Part shown: piece by piece, positions 57,874 through 64,000 of the stretch
Numbering within the stretch: position 1 is the first letter of the stretch
Layout: every line of letters starts with the position of its first letter
Assembly: GCA_951406725.2 (NCBI GenBank)
Contig: OX597814.1
Span: forward strand, 153,140,001 to 153,204,000
Direction: 5' to 3'
Length of the DNA stretch: 64,000 bases
DNA from: Octopus vulgaris
Lineage: Eukaryota
The notes under the pieces: model-generated
The model's database searches: none
Seen by the model: the letters and a program-made list of their open reading frames with translations, nothing else
Told to the model about the DNA's origin: nothing
Program-made: the position numbers and the translations under genes

Positions 57874-59913
57874 CTGGAAAAAAAAAAGAAAATATAGAAT
57901 AGTGGTAAGAAAAAAATCTTCCAAATATGGAAATCAAGTTAATGCAAAAAAAAAAAAAACATTAATATTTTCTATTACTAAAAGTTAATTAAAACCAAAA
58001 TAATTAAATATATTGGCAATTATGTATACAAAAACTTAAATGTATACTGAAGTTATTTTAATAGAACATTTGTAATTTGGTCAGAGGAGATCAGATGGCA
58101 CCCATGAAGCTTTGCAGAGTCTCTGAGAATGGTGGGGATTAAAGGGGTAAGAGAGAAACTATGATGGTGCCAATAAAATGAGTACCAGTGGCTCTTGTGC
58201 CAGTGACACATAAAAAGCACCACCCAAATGAGGTCGATGCCAGTTTCACCTGACTGGCTCCTGTGCCAGTGGCATGTAAAAAGCACCATCCAAACGTGGT
58301 AAATGCCAGTGTCCCCTGACTGGCTCCTGTGCCAGTGGCACGTAAAATGCACTATCCGAACATCATCAATGCCAGGCCCGTCTGAGTGGATCCTGTGCCG
58401 GTGGCATGTAAAAAGCAACCACGATACTCTCAGAGTGGTTGGCGTTAGGAAGGGCATCCAGCTGTAGAAACATTGCCAGATTAGATAGGAGCCTGGTGCA
58501 GCCGCTGGCTTTCCAGATCTCAGTCAAACCATCTAACCCATGCCAGTGTGGAAAACGGATGTTAAACAATGATGATGATGATGATGACTGAACCAACTAT
58601 ATCCCTCTTCCAGAAAGTGGAGCTTTGTGCCTAGGTTAGAAACCATCACCATTATCATTTTATGTCCACTTCCCATACTGACATGGGCTGGTTGTCACAA
58701 ACCAAGTCAGTTCTTATTCAGAATTACTGCCCTCGTGGATGGGTTAGAAGACCCCATTTCTCTAGTACATTCAATTTTGGCTTGGTTTCTGTGGCTGGGT
58801 GCTCTTCCTAATGTCAATCAATTACAGAATGCACTTAGTGCATTCTATCATGGCACCAACACTAGAGAAACTGTTATGTATGTGACTGAACAAAACTAAA
58901 GGGTTCTCTCGACTCTGGAAGAGACAATACAAAGGGATGAATAGAAAAACAGTATAAGAGAGAGAGAGAGTGGTGGTAGGTACATGTTTACTGCTAAGAG
59001 AGGATGCAAGTGATAGATAATCATAGATATGGATAATAGTAAGAGAAATCAGTGGCTAGTAATACAGAAGAGCAATGGTTGAGTGTACTGGACATGAACA
59101 AGCTTGATATACTCTTGTATTATCCAAGTGTTATAATGGGAGTCAGAGAGTGATGGAGATGGTGGAAGGAGGGAGTGGAGTAATTGAGTATGGACAGATC
59201 CTATGCCAATCATTATAATTATAAAAATAATCTCAAACACAGAAGAAATCGTCATCAACGTTATTACCATCATCATATGACTGGTGAAAAATCCCTGGAT
59301 TTAAATCATTTTTCATCAAAGGAAATCTGCTATTTATTTGGAAATATGGACATACACAGATGCCCAACTTAAAAGCTATTAAATTCTTCTGACAGTGATT
59401 AGAACTCTTTTCACTTATAATTAAAAGAGCATTATCTTTATCATTGATCTTTTACTTGTTCTAGCCATTGGATTGCAGCAATGCTAGGGAACCATTTTGA
59501 ATGGCTTTTAATCAAACTAATTGATCCCCAGCACTTGTGTTTTAAAAAGTCTGGTACTTATTTTATTGGTCACTTTTGCCAAAACACTAAGAGTTGTTAA
59601 GTGGGTGAAGGGAGAAACACACTGTATCTACCAATTTCACTCACAAGGCATTAGCCAGCTTGAGGCTATAGTAGAAGATACTTGCCCAAGGTGCCTTGCA
59701 ATAGTACTGAACCTGAAAACATGTGGTTGCAAAGAGAGCTTCTTAACCACACAGCCATGCCTGTGTCAATGGAGAAGAAATTTCCATTGTTTTTATGGTG
59801 ATGTTGATACAACAGAGTAATTACCCAAGTCAGCATTTAATAAATGTTAATAGTCAACTTGAATTATTGGGATATTAAATATATAGAAAGCACAAGTGGA
59901 ATAGTACACTTAC

Positions 59914-60009
59914 CTGTCCATGAATATCTCCACATACAATAACTGGTGTTGACACTGGCTGTACATTGGATTCTTCCAGTAAAAGTTCACATACTAGTTC
60001 ACATAGTTT
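59914..60009 (-). CDS. PPP6C: PP6 catalytic subunit exon ([32 protein letters not shown])
   Basis: PPP GDIHG motif; tag/gtaagt boundaries; 96 nt. Confidence 0.96.
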
Positions 60010-60707
60010 CTATAATGAAAGAAAAAAAACCAATAGATGATTTAAAGGTCTGCCTTACTTATAATTAAAATAAATACTACTCCAAATTATTAATGTTTCA
60101 GTTTTTTTTTTATCAATCAGGAAAGAAAAATATATTTAGTTAAATATTAAGCTGGAAGTTAGAGAAATTTAACAGGGAAAATGTTTTTAAGGTCAAACAA
60201 ATTTAAAACATACAATCAGAATTTCTTTTTTACAGAATGAAATATTGTTTAGCCCCATTGTGTCTCTGGTCCAGCAGATTTATGACCCAAAGCCTTTCAG
60301 CCATGACCATCCCATCCATTCCTCAGTCATGAATCTAGTGTTACTTTCTAAAGATGGAGTAGGGGGAGTTGAAGGAGATTTGGCTATTTTTAACAGGTTG
60401 AGAGACCACATGAATGCACAAGAGGTGTAGAAGGATTGTAGAAATGTAGACAAGAAATAAACATTTTGAGTATCTTATTCCCTAGCTGAAGTTGTCTCTA
60501 TGTTTAGCAGCAAAGCACTGAAGATGCAACTCCAGTGCTTTTCTGAAAACAATAGATAGGGTATTTCATTAAAAGAACAAAATGATTAAAGTGATTCATG
60601 ACAGTGACAAGTCAAAATTGTGATAAAGTATGGAAAAAAAAAGACTTGTGGCAGTAACTTAATCACATACAACATCTTTCATTAATATGAGCCAATGAGA
60701 GAACCTC

Positions 60708-61172
60708 TATGTGGTATCAAAAAGTTCCCGGACTAGATAATGTCCTGCCTCAAACGCTTCAAAACATCGTTGATTGTCCTCCAACAATCCTCATGCACAA
60801 GCTGATGAATTTAGGGGGTGATGCTCATGGCAGGTCTTCTAGGGACGTTCTTCGACTTTTGAGGTGCCCATGCCACTGGAAACATTGCATATGTCCTATT
60901 GCCTTGTCGCCGTAAGCTTGCCGAAGCATGCTCAATGTCTCTGTAGCAGACTTCCCAAGTTTAACACAAAATTTTATGTTGGCTCTTTGTCCCGTCTTCC
61001 TGTCCATGAAAAAATCGCAGACTACGGTATACACATGATTACAAAATTTCCCAAATTTCAAAACTTGCAAAGTAAACACAGTCACTACTAGCTCTCACTG
61101 TGCATACAACTGTGTGCTGCCATCTGTTGGCGTGCTACGGAACTAGTCCAGGAAGGTTTCGATACCACCTTG
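60708..61172 (-). mobile_element. Deleted mariner element (HTH remnant)
   Basis: TIR-like gtggtatcaaaagttcccggactag / ctagtccaggaaggtttcgataccac; QRANIKFCVKLGKSATETLSMLRQAYG. Confidence 0.85.
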
Positions 61173-62067
61173 TATATTGCTATTAATATGAAAGAAAAAA
61201 AAACCAAATCTCCTTCAAATCACAATCTACTGCTTAAAAGACAAAAATAGGAAGGCCACTTCAGATTTGATAGTGCAATCCTAGATACAGTATTCCTGAA
61301 AAAACAAAGATTGGACAGTAATTGCTGAGATACCTTTATTTATAAGCATGCTTAATCAGAATTCAGAAAGAGCTAAACATCATAATCACTAATATAATAG
61401 AAAATAACCATAGATAATCATCTATCCAACATCAAGCTTCTCCTTCTCCTCTCTGTAATTGTAAGTATAGGTTCAACAAAGTCAGATCCACTGAAAATCT
61501 ATCCTGTGTTACAGATCAGGGATACTGCTGTTGCAAACTTGGGAAAAAAACGAAAATATTGCTATTCAAATCACCAAAATTTTTTAGTATACTAGACATG
61601 AGAATCCCAAACCAGGTTACCAATGAATGAGTGTTGTCTATCATGAGTAAAGAAGACCAACAGTTTCTAGCCAAGATGAGTAGCTTGTATGGAAAGGATT
61701 CCTTCCAAGCTACAATTGATTTGACATTTGACAAACAGTGACTGTAAAGTATTGATAGTTTGAATTAGTTCAATACCATTGTAACTCAGATGCTGCCTAT
61801 TTTGTGGAAATCTCACTACTGACTCTATATCCTCTTTATTCACAAATGATACATGGTTCAAACCATCTCACTTCTTACATTTTCTAGATTTGACAATTAC
61901 AAACAATTTCTTCTGAAATCTTCACATACTTCAAGACAAAAAGCCAATCACTTAACCATGAACAGCTCCTAACCTTTACAAAAACCAGATATCTCTGTAC
62001 TATAAAAGTTATCACATATCATACATTTAAGATAATACACTCACAATATATATAGTGTCCTCCCTTA

Positions 62068-62103
<36 letters not shown>

Positions 62104-63019
62104 AATAAATAAAAAAAACCTCATCTAACTGATAGACAAAGCTTCATTTATATACAACCATTAGCTCACAACTTAAATCTTTCATATTTAATATTGCTTT
62201 TTATTCAGTTTTCCAGGTTTTGCATATTTTTATTGCTTTTTTTATACCTATTTTAAATAATCTCTGAAAATTTACATAACTTAGCTATTGGTGTGCAGCT
62301 TGTAATACAATGATTTATTCTGAGAAGAATTAACTGGTTACTAATCCCTTTTCAATTCATCAAATCAACCAGCCTCATTAAAATCCAATAGGTCACTTAC
62401 ATTTCCACTTCTATGCCGAAAGCTATTATATAAAATGAAAACTATCAAATTTCTTTCTGAAGACATTAATAATTTTATCTGAATCTATTAAGATCTTTAG
62501 AAACTAGTCATTAAGTCTATGAGCTTAAACTATTTTGCATTATTTACAACAATTTAGATACCTGAAAATATGAGCAAAATGACGAGCTAAATATAGAGTT
62601 TATATGAATCGTGGAGAAAATACTAAAAGCTCATGTAATTAGTTCATGGAATTATTGTATTAATGAAAAATAAAAAGGACACAAGAATGACTGAACTGAG
62701 AACTAGTTCTTCAGTTTAAAAATAGACATTTGTTTACTAAACAGTAAACCAGTCACGACAGCAAATATATATTTTATACTCTCTGTATAAGAAAAGGAAA
62801 AACAGAAAAAAAAAATGGATGTACATTTTACAAAATTTTTGCAACAAAATGAAAAGAATTATATGCCAGACTTGAGAATCCCAAACCAGGTTACCAGTGA
62901 ATGAATGTTATCTGTAGACCAATCATTTCTGACCCAGTTGTATATCTCCTGTGGACAGGGCTCCCTCCAAATTACAAGCAATCTGATTTTTCTAAGATTT
63001 TACACATGAAACAAATAAC

Positions 63020-63990
63020 ATCAATGCAGAAACTAGGAATAGATGAGTGGTTGGTGAAAGCTGTACAAGCCATGTGCAGAGATGCTGTCAGTAAGGTGAG
63101 GATTGGCAACGAGTATAGAGAAGAATTCCAGGTAGAAATAGGAGTTCACCAAGGATCAGTCCTCAGCCCCCTCTTATTCATCATAGTCCTCGAGACAATA
63201 ACAGAAGGATTCAAGACAGGCTGCCCTCGGGAGCTTCTCTATGCTGATGACCTTGCCCTAATAGCTGAGTCACAACCAGAACTAGAGAAAATGTTTCAGG
63301 TGTGTTCTGAGAGCATAGCTGCTAGAATAAGAATAACCTGGGCAAAGTTCAGAGAGACCCTACCTCTGCTAGTAACAAAGGGCCTCTCACTCAGAGTGCA
63401 AGGTAGACTGTATGATGCATGTGTGCAAACAGCCATGCCACACGGCAGTAAAACATGGGCTGTGATTGCTGAGGCTTGAAAGAAATGAAGCTAGTATGTT
63501 CCTCTGGATATGTAATGTCAGTGTGCATACACAACAGAGTATAAGCGCCCTGAGAGAAAAGTTAGACATAAGAAGCATCAGATGAGGTGTGCAAGAGAGA
63601 CGACTACACTGGTATGGTCATGTGTTTCATAAGGATGAGGATAGTTGCATGAAGAAGTGTCACATCCTAACAGTGGAGGGACTCTGTGGAAGAGGTAGAC
63701 CCAGGAAAACATGGAATAAGGTAGTGAAGCATGACCTACAAATGTTGGGACTCACAGAGGCAATGACAAGAGACGGAGATCTTTGGAGATATGCTGTGAT
63801 TGAGAAGACCCGGCAAACCAAGTGAGATCATAGCAGTGGCCGATACCAGTGTCGCATAACTGGTCCATTTAAAAGTACCTTTCAATATGCTGTGCTTGAG
63901 AAGACCTGTTGAGTCAAATGAAATCGTAATTGTGGCCAATGCCAGTGCTACTTGACTAGCACCCATGCCGGTGGCACGTAAAAAGCACAC
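63020..63990 (+). mobile_element. RTE-type LINE fragment (RT, internally deleted) with 3' tail
   Basis: GVHQGSVLSPLLF, LLYADD, RRLHWYGHV and RGRPRKTW motifs. Confidence 0.9.
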
Positions 63991-64000
63991 TCTCTCTCTT

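Noticed and set aside
58190-58420. Regularly spaced gtgccagtggcacgtaaaaagcacc repeats resembling a CRISPR array (also ~19.1 kb and 55.4 kb)
   Set aside because: Internal tandem repeats of a LINE/SINE 3' region; the spacers are related to each other, the context is eukaryotic and there are no cas genes.
62401-62460. Possible PPP6C first exon (minus-strand gtaagt donor at 62400)
   Set aside because: Does not encode the expected N-terminus (..LPENDLK); exon 1 is probably beyond the window.
61593-62915. ~45-bp repeat agaatcccaaaccaggttacca at ~61600 and ~62875
   Set aside because: Short diverged repeat fragments with no element structure between them.

Overview
AT-rich, repeat-dense eukaryotic DNA with (TA)n/(CA)n microsatellites, tRNA-derived SINEs, RTE/RLE/Penelope retroelements and mariner/piggyBac-type MITEs. 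The repeat landscape suggests an octopus (coleoid cephalopod) genome; this is an inference. Two conventional genes are clear, both on the minus strand: an intronless ZNF330/NOA36 (32218-33153) and nine coding exons of PPP6C (47500-60009; first exon not found in the window). One PPP6C intron is a U12-type intron with rare AT-AA termini. The most striking observation is two spliced gene-like structures, at 30-20988 (+) and about 39093-40971 (-). Both have canonical splice sites, phase-compatible exons and no frameshifts, and they look like single-pass membrane proteins with C-type-lectin-like motifs. However, both carry many in-frame stops, and their signal peptide, Cys/Gly/Trp motifs and transmembrane segment read better when some A are read as G. 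They are candidate 'cryptogenes' that would need extensive A-to-I editing; pseudogenes are the alternative. Also present: a GC-rich 224-bp island bounded by direct repeats, a Penelope-type hammerhead ribozyme and several long hairpins. All gene models were read by eye.
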